A stretch of 32,000 bases of DNA from Alkalilimnicola ehrlichii MLHE-1 (GTDB taxonomy: Bacteria > Pseudomonadota > Gammaproteobacteria > Nitrococcales > Halorhodospiraceae): assembly GCF_000014785.1 (NCBI RefSeq), contig NC_008340.1, forward strand, positions 1,710,001 through 1,742,000, read 5' to 3'. Both the position numbers and the translations under genes were made by a program. This document shows positions 17,819-28,029 of the stretch, piece by piece. The notes below the pieces were generated by a model. That model did no database searches, was not told the origin of the DNA, and worked only from the letters and a program-made list of their open reading frames with translations. Position 1 is the first letter of the stretch. The number at the start of each line of letters is the position of its first letter.

Positions 17819-18715
17819 CTAGCGTTCCGCGGCCTCCTCCGCCGTATCCCACCGCAGCAGCAGGAGCGGCAGGTCCACTCGCTCCAACAGGCGCGAGACC
17901 ATCTCCCGATCCGCCTGGGTCTCGTGGGCGTTGCGGGTAATCACCACCGCGCCGGTCTGCTCCTGCAGCAGGGCGCGCAGCAGGCCGTTCTCGTCCGGCG
18001 GGTAGACCACCCGCAGGTGGGCGGACACCCCCTGGTCCTCCAGCCACTCGGCGATCTCGCCGAGCCGCGCATCCGTGACCGGCCCCCCTTCCGGGGGCAG
18101 GACCAGCACGTTGAGGGCCCGGGCGCGGTTACCCACCACGCTCAGGGCCACGCGCAGCGCGGCCTCGGCCTGCTCATCGGCACGCACGATCACGGCGGTG
18201 ATTGGCTGCTCCGGCCAGGTGCCGATGAGCAATGAGCAGGGGGCCAGCCGGACCAATTGCCGCGCGTTGGAGCCCAACGCCCGGGCCTGGCCGCTGGCCC
18301 AGCCGGTACGGCCAATCACCAGCAGGTCATTGTCGCGGACCAGCGACAGGGCCGCGGAGACCACCCGATCGCGGGTGACCTCCAGCTCCAGATGGTGGTG
18401 GTAGTCCCTCGCCACCCGCTTGAGAACGGTGCGGATAAGCTGGGCCCGGTCACGCAGGCGGGCCTCCAGGGTGTCACTGGCCAACGGCCGACAGACCCCG
18501 CTGTAACCGCCCACCTCCCGGGTGAACGGCAGGGCCGCGCTGCGTAACAGGTCGCGGTCCTCCACGTACAGCCCGCGCAGCGCCACCTCGCCCCGGGCAA
18601 ACAGGCCCAGGGCGGCCTGCAGCGCCTCATTGCTGGACAGCGAGGCATCCAGCAACACCAGCGCCTGACGAAAGAGCCGCTGGCGCTCCCGGCCGGGCTG
18701 GCGCCGCTCACTCAT
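17819..18715 (-). CDS. Tandem universal stress protein (USP)-like protein
   Basis: The first domain reads ALVLLDASLSSNEALQAA...LRGLYVED...DLLVIGRTGWASGQARALGSNARQLV...CSLLI. It contains the USP ATP-binding motif G-2x-G-9x-G-S (GRTGWASGQARALGS). The second domain is USP-like but lacks that motif. I chose ATG 18715, which overlaps the protease stop by 8 nt (ATGAGTGA). Confidence 0.7.
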   Translation of the reverse strand: MSERRQPGRERQRLFRQALVLLDASLSSNEALQAALGLFARGEVALRGLYVEDRDLLRSAALPFTREVGGYSGVCRPLASDTLEARLRDRAQLIRTVLKRVARDYHHHLELEVTRDRVVSAALSLVRDNDLLVIGRTGWASGQARALGSNARQLVRLAPCSLLIGTWPEQPITAVIVRADEQAEAALRVALSVVGNRARALNVLVLPPEGGPVTDARLGEIAEWLEDQGVSAHLRVVYPPDENGLLRALLQEQTGAVVITRNAHETQADREMVSRLLERVDLPLLLLRWDTAEEAAER

Positions 18716-21149
18716 CGTCACCCCCACGCGGCGAGGTGTCACCCTCCTCCGTCCGGGGGCCGCCCCCCTCGCCGTTGTCGTCCTGACTCTGCCGGCGCAC
18801 CGATCGGCCGAAGGCCTCCAACCGGTCCGCCACCCGGCGGTTCAAGCTGCCCTCCGGATAGCCCCCCTCGGCGTCCGCCTCGCCCACCGGCAGCCCGGTC
18901 AGCAACTCCAGGGCCTGGTCCACATGGCGGATGGGATAGACATGGAACTGCCCGGCGGCCACCGTCTCGCGCACCTCCCGGCGCAGCATCAGGTGGGGCA
19001 CATTGGCCTCGGGCAGGAGCACGCCCTGCCCGTCCAAGGTCCCGGCCCCGCGGCAGACCTCGAAAAAGCCCTCGATCTTCTCATTGACGCCGCCGACCGC
19101 CTGCACCTCGCCGTGCTGGTTGACCGAGCCGGTCACCGCCAGCGACTGCCTGATCGGCGCCCGGCCGATGGCGGAGACCAGGGCGCAGAGTTCGGCCACC
19201 GAGGCGCTGTCGCCCTCCACCCCGCCGTAGGACTGCTCGAAGGCGAGGCTGGCCGAGAGCGAGAGCGCCCCCTCCCGGGCATAGCGCGTTGCCAGGTAGC
19301 GGGACAGGATCATCACGCCCTTGGAGTGGATGTTGCCGCCCAGTTTGGCCTCGCGTTCGATATCCAGCACTTGGCCGCGGCCGGCCCGGGCCGTGGCCGT
19401 GATACGGGTCGGTCGGCCGAAGGCCTGGTCGCCGAGCTGCAGCACCGACAGGCCGTTGACCTGGGCGATGGCCTCGCCCTCAGTGGCGATCATGACCGTA
19501 CCGCGCTGGATCAGCTCCAGCGTCCGGTCCCGCACCCGCCCGGCCCGGTAGCGCTGCTGCTCGATAGTCCGCTCCACGTGGGCGGCATCGATCGCCCCGG
19601 CCTCGTCGCGGGCCGCCCAGTGGTCGGCCTCCACCAGCAGGTCGCGCAGCATCCGTGCCTGGGCGGTGAGCTTCTCCTGGTCATCGGCCAGCCGGCCGCC
19701 CTGTTCGATGATCAGGGCCACCGCCTCGGCGGTGAGCGGGCGCAGCTTATCCTGGTGCGCCATGGTGGCCAGCATGCGGGCGTAATCCTGCTGGTTCTCG
19801 TCGGTCCGGGGCAGGTCGTCCTCAAAGTCGGCCTGCACCTTGAAGAGATCGAGAAAGTCGGGGTCGTAGGCCGCCAGCAGGTAGTACAGGAACCGGTCGC
19901 CCACCAGCGCCACCTTGAGCTGCAGCGGAATCGGCTCCGGCTCCAGGCTGACGGTGCTGGCCAGGCCGTAGAGCCGCTCCAGCGACTGGATGCGCACGGT
20001 GTGGGCGCTCAGCGCCCGCTTCAGGCTCTCCCACGCCATCGGCTGTTGCAACACCCGCAGGGCATCCAGGATCAGATAACCACCGTTGGCCCGGTGCAGG
20101 GCACCACCCCGGATCAGGGTGAAGTCGGTCATCAGCGCACCCTGGTGCACGTAGTGCTCGATCCGCCCCACCAGGTGCTGGTGCAGCGGCAGGTCCTCGT
20201 ACACCACCGGGGCGCCGGTCTGCGCCGACTGATCGACGATGAGGTTGATGCGGTAGCGCTCCAGCACCGCCTCCATCGCCGAGTGGCGGCCATGCTTGTC
20301 CCCCTGCAGGGCGTCCACGTTCTCGATGATGTCCTTGCGCACTGCCTCCAGGTGGGCGACCACCCCCTCGATATGGCTGTAGGCGTCCTTGAGATTGCGG
20401 ATGGGGGTCCCGGCGGCCACCAGCACCATCTCCTCATTGAGCTCCCGGACCTGCTGGCGCAGCTCACGCTGGATCTGGGGCAACTGCTGGATGGACTGCT
20501 GGAGCTTCTCCTGTAGCTGCTCCACCCGCTGCTCGATGGCGTTGCGCTCCTCCTCGGGCAGTTTCTGGAACTCCTCGGCGCTCAGCACCTCGCCCTCCTT
20601 CTTGGGGGCGAAGGTGAACCCCGAGGGGGTGGTCAGCAGGGCAATGCCCTGCTCCTCGGCCTCGTGTTGGATCTGTTCGATTGCTTCTCGGTGGCGACGA
20701 TTCGCCGCCTGTTGCAGCTCCTGGATCCGGGACTGGTACTCGTCGCTCTCGAAGGTGGCGGGGATGGAGTTGCGCAGCTCATCGGTGAGTTCGTCCACGT
20801 CCCGCTTCAGGCGCCGGCCGGCCCCGGCGGGCAGCGCCAGGGCCCGGGGCTGATCGGGGGCGTCGAAATTGTAGATATAGGCCCAGTCCGACGGCCGCTG
20901 CTGCGCCTCGGCCTTGCGCTCCAGAAAGCGCTGGACCCACTCCCGCTTGCCCGCGCCAGCCGGCCCGAGCACGAAGAGGTTGAAGCCGTCGTTGCGGATG
21001 CCGGTGGCAAAGTCCAACGCCTCCAGCGCCCGCGTCTGCCCACAGGGCAGCTCCAGGCGCTCCAGCTCCTCGGTGGTGCGAAAGCCGAGCTGGTCGGCGC
21101 GGCAGGGGCGGTAGAGTTGGTCGGCGGACAATGGCCGAATGGGGGTCAT
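18708..21149 (-). CDS. Lon-related ATP-dependent protease, LonC / AAA_32-type, with a large helical insertion
   Basis: Walker A GPAGAGK at residues 62-68 and a Walker B-like GGYLILD at about residue 362. Between them lies ~290 aa of charged, coiled-coil-like sequence. The C-terminal Lon protease domain has the catalytic Ser (GVEGDSASVAE) and Lys (GGVNEKIEGFF). AAGGAGA lies upstream of ATG 21149. Confidence 0.82.
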   Translation of the reverse strand: MTPIRPLSADQLYRPCRADQLGFRTTEELERLELPCGQTRALEALDFATGIRNDGFNLFVLGPAGAGKREWVQRFLERKAEAQQRPSDWAYIYNFDAPDQPRALALPAGAGRRLKRDVDELTDELRNSIPATFESDEYQSRIQELQQAANRRHREAIEQIQHEAEEQGIALLTTPSGFTFAPKKEGEVLSAEEFQKLPEEERNAIEQRVEQLQEKLQQSIQQLPQIQRELRQQVRELNEEMVLVAAGTPIRNLKDAYSHIEGVVAHLEAVRKDIIENVDALQGDKHGRHSAMEAVLERYRINLIVDQSAQTGAPVVYEDLPLHQHLVGRIEHYVHQGALMTDFTLIRGGALHRANGGYLILDALRVLQQPMAWESLKRALSAHTVRIQSLERLYGLASTVSLEPEPIPLQLKVALVGDRFLYYLLAAYDPDFLDLFKVQADFEDDLPRTDENQQDYARMLATMAHQDKLRPLTAEAVALIIEQGGRLADDQEKLTAQARMLRDLLVEADHWAARDEAGAIDAAHVERTIEQQRYRAGRVRDRTLELIQRGTVMIATEGEAIAQVNGLSVLQLGDQAFGRPTRITATARAGRGQVLDIEREAKLGGNIHSKGVMILSRYLATRYAREGALSLSASLAFEQSYGGVEGDSASVAELCALVSAIGRAPIRQSLAVTGSVNQHGEVQAVGGVNEKIEGFFEVCRGAGTLDGQGVLLPEANVPHLMLRREVRETVAAGQFHVYPIRHVDQALELLTGLPVGEADAEGGYPEGSLNRRVADRLEAFGRSVRRQSQDDNGEGGGPRTEEGDTSPRGGDDE

Positions 21150-21292
21150 GTCGTCTCCTTGTTCGCTACGGGCGGCTTACCGTTCCATTGTCACCGGTGC
21201 CGGCGCTTCCCTCCGAGTGTAATCAAAGCGAACGGGTCTGACAGCAGCGGCCGCCGGCGCCGGCCCGGCCGGTCCCGTGGCGGCAGGGCGGG

Positions 21293-22531
21293 TCAACCGC
21301 GGGGACGGCCGCCCTCCCCCTCGCCGGCGTCCGGCGCCTCATCCTCCGACCACGCCTGGTTGCCCTGCTCCAGCCGCTCGATCGCCCCCTGGCCCCGGCG
21401 CGCCAGGGTATCCAGGCGGTCGATCTGTTCATCCAGGCGCGGCAGGGCCTCCTGCCGGTAGCGGGACAGGGCGTCAATGGCGCCCAGCACATCCTCGAAG
21501 GCCGCCTCGAGCTGCTCCATGTCCAGCATGGTGGCCGCGGCGCGCGTCTGGATCTCAGCGCCCTGGCGCCGCAGGGCCTGGGCGGTGCCGGCAATCATGT
21601 CCGAGGTGGTCCGGTTCAGGCCCTCCACCCGGTCCAGCACCAAGCGCTGATTGGCCAACCCCAGCGCCACGGTCACCGCCACATTGAGCGCCGAGACAGT
21701 GACATTGATCGCCCGGTCCACCCCGCGGATCAGTTCCCGGTTGTTGCGGATTACCACCTCCAGCGCCAGTACGCCCTGCTGGCTCACCGCCTGTTGCTGC
21801 TGCAGGTCGACGATACGCTGGCGCAGCGGGAAGAGCAGCTCCTCCTCGATAAAGGCCCGGCGTGGGGCGGTCTCCGGCAGCGCCTCCGCCGCCGCCACCA
21901 GCCGGGCGTCGATCAGCTTGCCCAGCTCGATATGGCTCGCCAGCTCGGCCAGCACCTCCCGCAGCTCGGCCTGATCGTCGGACAGGGTGAGGTTGTCCCG
22001 GCGCAGCATCCGGGCCCCCGTCTCCAGGTCGCGGATAATGGCGTCCAGCGCCTGCTGGGCGGTCTCGAACTGACGGAAGTAGCGCTGCACCTTGGTGCCC
22101 ACGCCCGGAATCCGCGCCAGCAGGCGGTCCAGCAGCCCCGGGGCGAGGTCCCGCCCCCGCGGATCCAGTGCCGACATCTGCTGGCGCAGATCCAGCAGGG
22201 TGCGGGCCACCGGGCCGCCCTCCTCCCCCTGATGCGCGAGTTTACGGATGGGCTCCTGCAGCATGGCGCTGCGCCGCGCCGCCTGGCGCTGCACCTCGAT
22301 CCCCATGTAGTCGATGACCTCGCGCTGGCGAGCGGCGCCGGCCGGGGCGTCCTCATCGGGCAGCGCCTCGAGCAGGTCGCGGACAAAGGTGTCGGCCTGC
22401 CGCGCCAGGTCCTCCCGGTCGGCGGCGGCGGCCTCCTCGGCGCCGCGCTTCACCGACTCGGCGATCTCATCGACCGGCGGCAATGCCAGGTGAAACTCGC
22501 CGCCCTGGGGCGGCTCGGGGGTCTTCGCCAT
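21293..22531 (-). CDS. telA: TelA / YaaN-family toxic anion resistance protein
   Basis: Family-like along its whole length (LLDLRQQMSALDP...LLARIPGVGTKVQRYFRQFETAQQALDAIIRDLETGARMLRRDNLTL...IRNNRELIRGVDRAINVTVSALNVAV). I chose ATG 22531 (GGGAGA upstream), 16 nt after the upstream gene's stop, not the ORF-track start at 22672. Confidence 0.8.
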   Translation of the reverse strand: MAKTPEPPQGGEFHLALPPVDEIAESVKRGAEEAAAADREDLARQADTFVRDLLEALPDEDAPAGAARQREVIDYMGIEVQRQAARRSAMLQEPIRKLAHQGEEGGPVARTLLDLRQQMSALDPRGRDLAPGLLDRLLARIPGVGTKVQRYFRQFETAQQALDAIIRDLETGARMLRRDNLTLSDDQAELREVLAELASHIELGKLIDARLVAAAEALPETAPRRAFIEEELLFPLRQRIVDLQQQQAVSQQGVLALEVVIRNNRELIRGVDRAINVTVSALNVAVTVALGLANQRLVLDRVEGLNRTTSDMIAGTAQALRRQGAEIQTRAAATMLDMEQLEAAFEDVLGAIDALSRYRQEALPRLDEQIDRLDTLARRGQGAIERLEQGNQAWSEDEAPDAGEGEGGRPRG

Positions 22532-22547
22532 ATCGGTCTCCCTGGTG

Positions 22548-23483
22548 TCACGGGCTGCGGTTGTAGCGAGTCGCGCGCTCTGCGAAGCGGTGGAGCTCCT
22601 GGAGGGCCGCGTCGGCCGCCCCCGCCGGGGCGGCCTGGCCGGTATCCACCTGCGAGACCGCGACGGCGGCATCGTCCAGGACGGTGAGCACCGCCTCGTT
22701 CGCCGACAGCGCCTCGCCGATGCGTTGCTCGGTGCGCTCGACCAGGGCCAGGCGGCGCTCCAGGGCCCGGCGTTCCGCCGCCGCTAATCCCGATTCCGCC
22801 AGGCGGCGCCTGACATAGGCGGCGTCGATATTGGCCACGCCGGCCACCAACGCCACCACTCGGTTGAGCCGGTCCAGAGCGGCCCGGCTCACCTCCGTCA
22901 CCAGCCCCCGGGCCCGTTGGAAGGCCATCTCTTGCGGGTCGAAGGTGCGCTCCAGCACCCCGAGCACGTGACTGTACCGGGAATAGAGCCGGTCCACCTG
23001 AACGGAGAGATCCTCCCGCCCATGCTGCAACAGTGCCCGCTTAACCGCGCACAGGGCCGTGATGATGTCATCGGCGCCGGCGGGTGGGCGTTCCGGGTCC
23101 AGGGCGCGCAGCCCCTGCTCGCGCCGGCGGCGTTCCGCCGCCTCCCGGGTCTGCCGGTCGGCCGCCTCGGCGGCGCGCACCGCACGCTGCGCCTGGCGCC
23201 GTGCGCGCCAGCGGCGCCAGCGCCGTTCAACGAAGATCGCCACCGGGATCGCCACCAGCCCCGCCCCCCATCCGGCCAAGCTGGGCCCGAACCCGCCCCA
23301 GAGCGAGGTGAGCCAGGCCAACAGGGCGATAAAGGGCGCGGCCAGCCAATAGCGCAGGAAGACCTGCCAGCGCCGGGGTGGGTCTGTGGGCAGGGCCAGG
23401 CGGGGGTTGATCATCCCGGCGATGAACCAAGGCAGGCAGGAGAGCCACAGGCCGTAGGCGAAGCCTTGCAGAAAGGCGAGCAT
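22548..23483 (-). CDS. Membrane protein with a helical cytoplasmic domain, possibly XpaC-like (TelA partner)
   Basis: Three N-terminal hydrophobic segments, an Arg-rich coiled segment, then a helical C-terminal domain. The XpaC call rests on position immediately upstream of telA, as in the B. subtilis xpaC-yaaN pair, not on motif recognition. Confidence 0.55.
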   Translation of the reverse strand: MLAFLQGFAYGLWLSCLPWFIAGMINPRLALPTDPPRRWQVFLRYWLAAPFIALLAWLTSLWGGFGPSLAGWGAGLVAIPVAIFVERRWRRWRARRQAQRAVRAAEAADRQTREAAERRRREQGLRALDPERPPAGADDIITALCAVKRALLQHGREDLSVQVDRLYSRYSHVLGVLERTFDPQEMAFQRARGLVTEVSRAALDRLNRVVALVAGVANIDAAYVRRRLAESGLAAAERRALERRLALVERTEQRIGEALSANEAVLTVLDDAAVAVSQVDTGQAAPAGAADAALQELHRFAERATRYNRSP

Positions 23484-23735
23484 TCAGCACCGCCCCCCGG
23501 CCTGTCGGGCGGCGGCGCACAGGCCCCTGACCCGTCCGCACAAGCGGTCGGACGGTGCGGTGCCGATGGCCGTCGGGGCCGCCGCGGGCGCAATGGTGTG
23601 GTCGTGTGCGTCCATGCCCTCCTGCCGCAGGATCGAATCACTGCCGGCAGTATTACCGATACACCCCCGTGACACAAAGGCCACGGGCCGGCCGGGGCCT
23701 CCCTCCCCGGCGCCGCCCCATGGCATGGCGGGCAT
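23484..23735 (-). CDS. Hypothetical 83-codon ORF that exactly fills the cupin / membrane-protein gap (coding status uncertain)
   Basis: Its ATG shares TGATG with the cupin stop, and its TGA directly abuts the ATG of the next gene (TGAATG). By hand count about 82% of codons end in G/C. The product is Gly/Ala/Pro-rich with no recognisable motif, and a hairpin followed by TTTGTGT lies inside it (23672..23699). Confidence 0.3.
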   Translation of the reverse strand: MPAMPWGGAGEGGPGRPVAFVSRGCIGNTAGSDSILRQEGMDAHDHTIAPAAAPTAIGTAPSDRLCGRVRGLCAAARQAGGRC

Positions 23736-24211
23736 CAGTTGCGCGGGTCATCCTCGGGGTTGAGATACTCGATCCCCCACGGCCCGGTCCCATGCAACTG
23801 GATGATGGTCTCACCCTCGGCGTAGCCGAACATCGGATCGCCTGGGGCCATGATCGCCACGCTACCCGGCTTCAGCTTATGGGTCTCGTCCGGTACGAAC
23901 TCCTCACCATGGGCAAAGTGCAGCGTCCCGGACAGCACCGTGACCCGTTCGTACTCCGGATGGACGTGGGGCAGGATGCGGTAGCCATCCTCCAGCCGCA
24001 GGCGGAAGGTGAAGGGCTCCTCCTGGGAGATATCGCCCTCAATGAAGGCGATCTCGGCACCCTCGCCCATGGAGCCGACCGGGCCCCATTCCAGCTCATC
24101 CGGCTCAATCATGATGTGGTGCCCGCCGCGGTAGACATCGGCCGCGGCGGTGGCGGCGACCATGCCGGCGGCAACCGCCATACTGGTCAACAGTGTGGTT
24201 GCGCGTTTCAT
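23735..24211 (-). CDS. Secreted (periplasmic) cupin-domain protein
   Basis: Signal peptide MKRATTLLTSMAVAAGMVAATAAA-DV. Cupin motif 1 is LPHVHPEYERVTVLSGTL (HxH...E). AGGAGA lies 8 nt upstream of ATG 24211. Confidence 0.75.
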   Translation of the reverse strand: MKRATTLLTSMAVAAGMVAATAAADVYRGGHHIMIEPDELEWGPVGSMGEGAEIAFIEGDISQEEPFTFRLRLEDGYRILPHVHPEYERVTVLSGTLHFAHGEEFVPDETHKLKPGSVAIMAPGDPMFGYAEGETIIQLHGTGPWGIEYLNPEDDPRN

Positions 24212-24270
24212 GGTGGTGATCTCCTGGAGCCGACCCGTTTTCGGTAGCGGCGAGCCCGTGCCGGCTCCCC

Positions 24271-24984
24271 GTGCGGGCTCGGATACAGGGACGCACGGGG
24301 GCGTGGGATTGTTCCAAGGCCACCGGCGACTACTTCGAGACCCGCCACCGGCGCAAAGACGGCAGTGACATCACGGTGGAGATCACCACCAACGCTGCCT
24401 ACTATAAGGGTGTCAAGCTGATCTTCTGTAACTGCCGTGACATCACCGAGCGTAAGCGGGATCAGGAACGGATCCGGTATCTGGCCACCACGGATGCGCT
24501 GACCGGCATCATGAACCGGGGCGAATTCACCCGCCACCTGACCAAGGAGATCGAGCGCGCCGCGCGGTTCAACCGCCCGGTCGCGGTTGTGATGTACGAC
24601 CTGGACCATTTCAAGCGAGTCAACGACACCTACGGCCACGACGCCGGCGATGAGGTGCTGAAGACCGCGGTGGCACAGGTCAACAACGCCATACGGCGCG
24701 TCGATGTCCACGCCCGCTGGGGCGGCGAGGAGTTCATCCTCCTGTTACCCGAGACCGACCTGGCCGCTGCGGTGAAAAGCGCGGAACGGCTCCGGGCGGC
24801 GATAGCGGAGCATCCGTTCAAACAGCCGGAACGGGTCACGGCCAGCTTCGGAGTGACCACCCTGGGCCCCCGGGATCGGTTTGATGTCCTGATCAAACGC
24901 GCCGACGACGCGCTTTACCTGGCCAAGCACGCCGGTCGCAACCGGGTGGAGGCGCTGTCACCGGAGGCGCCGTCATCGGGCTGA
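24271..24984 (+). CDS. N-terminally truncated PAS-GGDEF diguanylate cyclase (possible gene remnant)
   Basis: Complete GGDEF domain: DALTGIMNR, YDLDHFKRVND, RWGGEEF, and I-site RRVD. Only the C-terminal half of a PAS domain precedes it (FETRHRRKDGSDITVEITT...CNCRDITERKR). The frame opens only at 24220, inside the cupin gene's RBS region. The first start codon is GTG 24271, with no visible SD. Confidence 0.65.
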   Translation: MRARIQGRTGAWDCSKATGDYFETRHRRKDGSDITVEITTNAAYYKGVKLIFCNCRDITERKRDQERIRYLATTDALTGIMNRGEFTRHLTKEIERAARFNRPVAVVMYDLDHFKRVNDTYGHDAGDEVLKTAVAQVNNAIRRVDVHARWGGEEFILLLPETDLAAAVKSAERLRAAIAEHPFKQPERVTASFGVTTLGPRDRFDVLIKRADDALYLAKHAGRNRVEALSPEAPSSG

Positions 24985-25010
24985 TCAGGGCCAACGGCCG
25001 GCTTGGCGAC

Positions 25011-25072
25011 TTGATATGCCCTACCTATCAGAGTGGTAGAACAAATAACTTTTTTCTATGGTTAGAACTGAT
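25011..25072. promoter_or_regulatory. AT-richer katG upstream region with LysR/OxyR-like dyads and direct repeats (candidate operator)
   Basis: ATATgccctacCTAT (25014..25028) and ATAActtttttCTAT (25045..25059) both fit ATAG-N7-CTAT. Direct repeats are GGTAGAAC (25035..25042) and GGTTAGAAC (25060..25068). An outer inverted pair is ATCAG (25027) / CTGAT (25068). The spacing between the dyads is not the canonical OxyR spacing. Confidence 0.3.
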
Positions 25073-25129
25073 GTAAGGTAAGACTCGACGGCGACAATAG
25101 CGTGAAGGGCTGTACAGCCCGGCGCCTGA

Positions 25130-27355
<2,226 letters not shown>

Positions 27356-27421
27356 TAGCGCCCCGGAGTGGCCCGGCTGCCGCAAGGGGCCGGGCCCGCA
27401 CACCGGCCACTGACCTGCAAT

Positions 27422-27461
27422 AACGGCGTTTCAATCGCGATTGAAACGCCGTTTCTTTTTT
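27422..27461 (+). terminator. Rho-independent terminator after katG (probably shared with the convergent gene)
   Basis: Perfect 32-nt palindrome AACGGCGTTTCAATCG/CGATTGAAACGCCGTT (27422..27453), followed by TCTTTTTT. An A-run precedes it on the other strand. A second GC hairpin lies at 27370..27396. Confidence 0.85.
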
Positions 27462-27485
27462 GCCGGCACTGACAGCTCCGACGGA

Positions 27486-27875
27486 TCAGTGCTCGATCTT
27501 CAGCCGCTCCACCGCCTCCGTGAGCACGGCCGGACCGGTGATCACCTCCACCCGGTCTTCAAGAACCTCCACCTCGAAGACCTCGTCAAACAACCCCTTA
27601 TCACCCTCACTCAGCAGAACGCTCCCGGGCTCAATGGCCTCCGTGTGCTCATTGCGCTCCAGTACGACCTGGGCACGCTGTTGCTCCAGATCCAGCAGCT
27701 GGTCGTCCAGGATCCAGGCATTGTCGATGACCACGGCCTTTTCCGTCAGCTCAATCTCTTCCGCCAGCGGGGACAGCCTCACCCCCTGATCATCACCCGC
27801 CAGCAGTGGCGGCGTGGCGGCAAAGGCCAGGGTCGCGAAGCCCACAATGGAGAGGGTATTCCGAATCGCTTTCAT
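27486..27875 (-). CDS. Small acidic secreted protein of unknown function
   Basis: 129 aa. I chose ATG 27875, preceded by AGGAGGAG. Signal peptide MKAIRNTLSIVGFATLAFA. The mature part is very Glu/Asp-rich and has no motif I recognise. Confidence 0.6.
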   Translation of the reverse strand: MKAIRNTLSIVGFATLAFAATPPLLAGDDQGVRLSPLAEEIELTEKAVVIDNAWILDDQLLDLEQQRAQVVLERNEHTEAIEPGSVLLSEGDKGLFDEVFEVEVLEDRVEVITGPAVLTEAVERLKIEH

Positions 27876-28029
27876 GGGGGTCTCCTCCTGAGAATAAATC
27901 CATGTAAGAACGCTGCTGCCATGCACCGCACACGCGGATTGGTGCCCGCAACAGCCACCCCAGATTAGCAGAATCGCACGCCCTATAAAGCGCCCCGCGA
28001 CCAGCGCACGGGGCACCCAACCGGTGCGC

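Noticed and set aside
18924-20516. 530-aa plus-strand ORF antisense to the Lon-like protease gene
   Set aside because: No motifs and a repetitive Gly/Leu/Val/His/Gln/Asp-rich composition. The opposing frame has Walker and Lon catalytic motifs.
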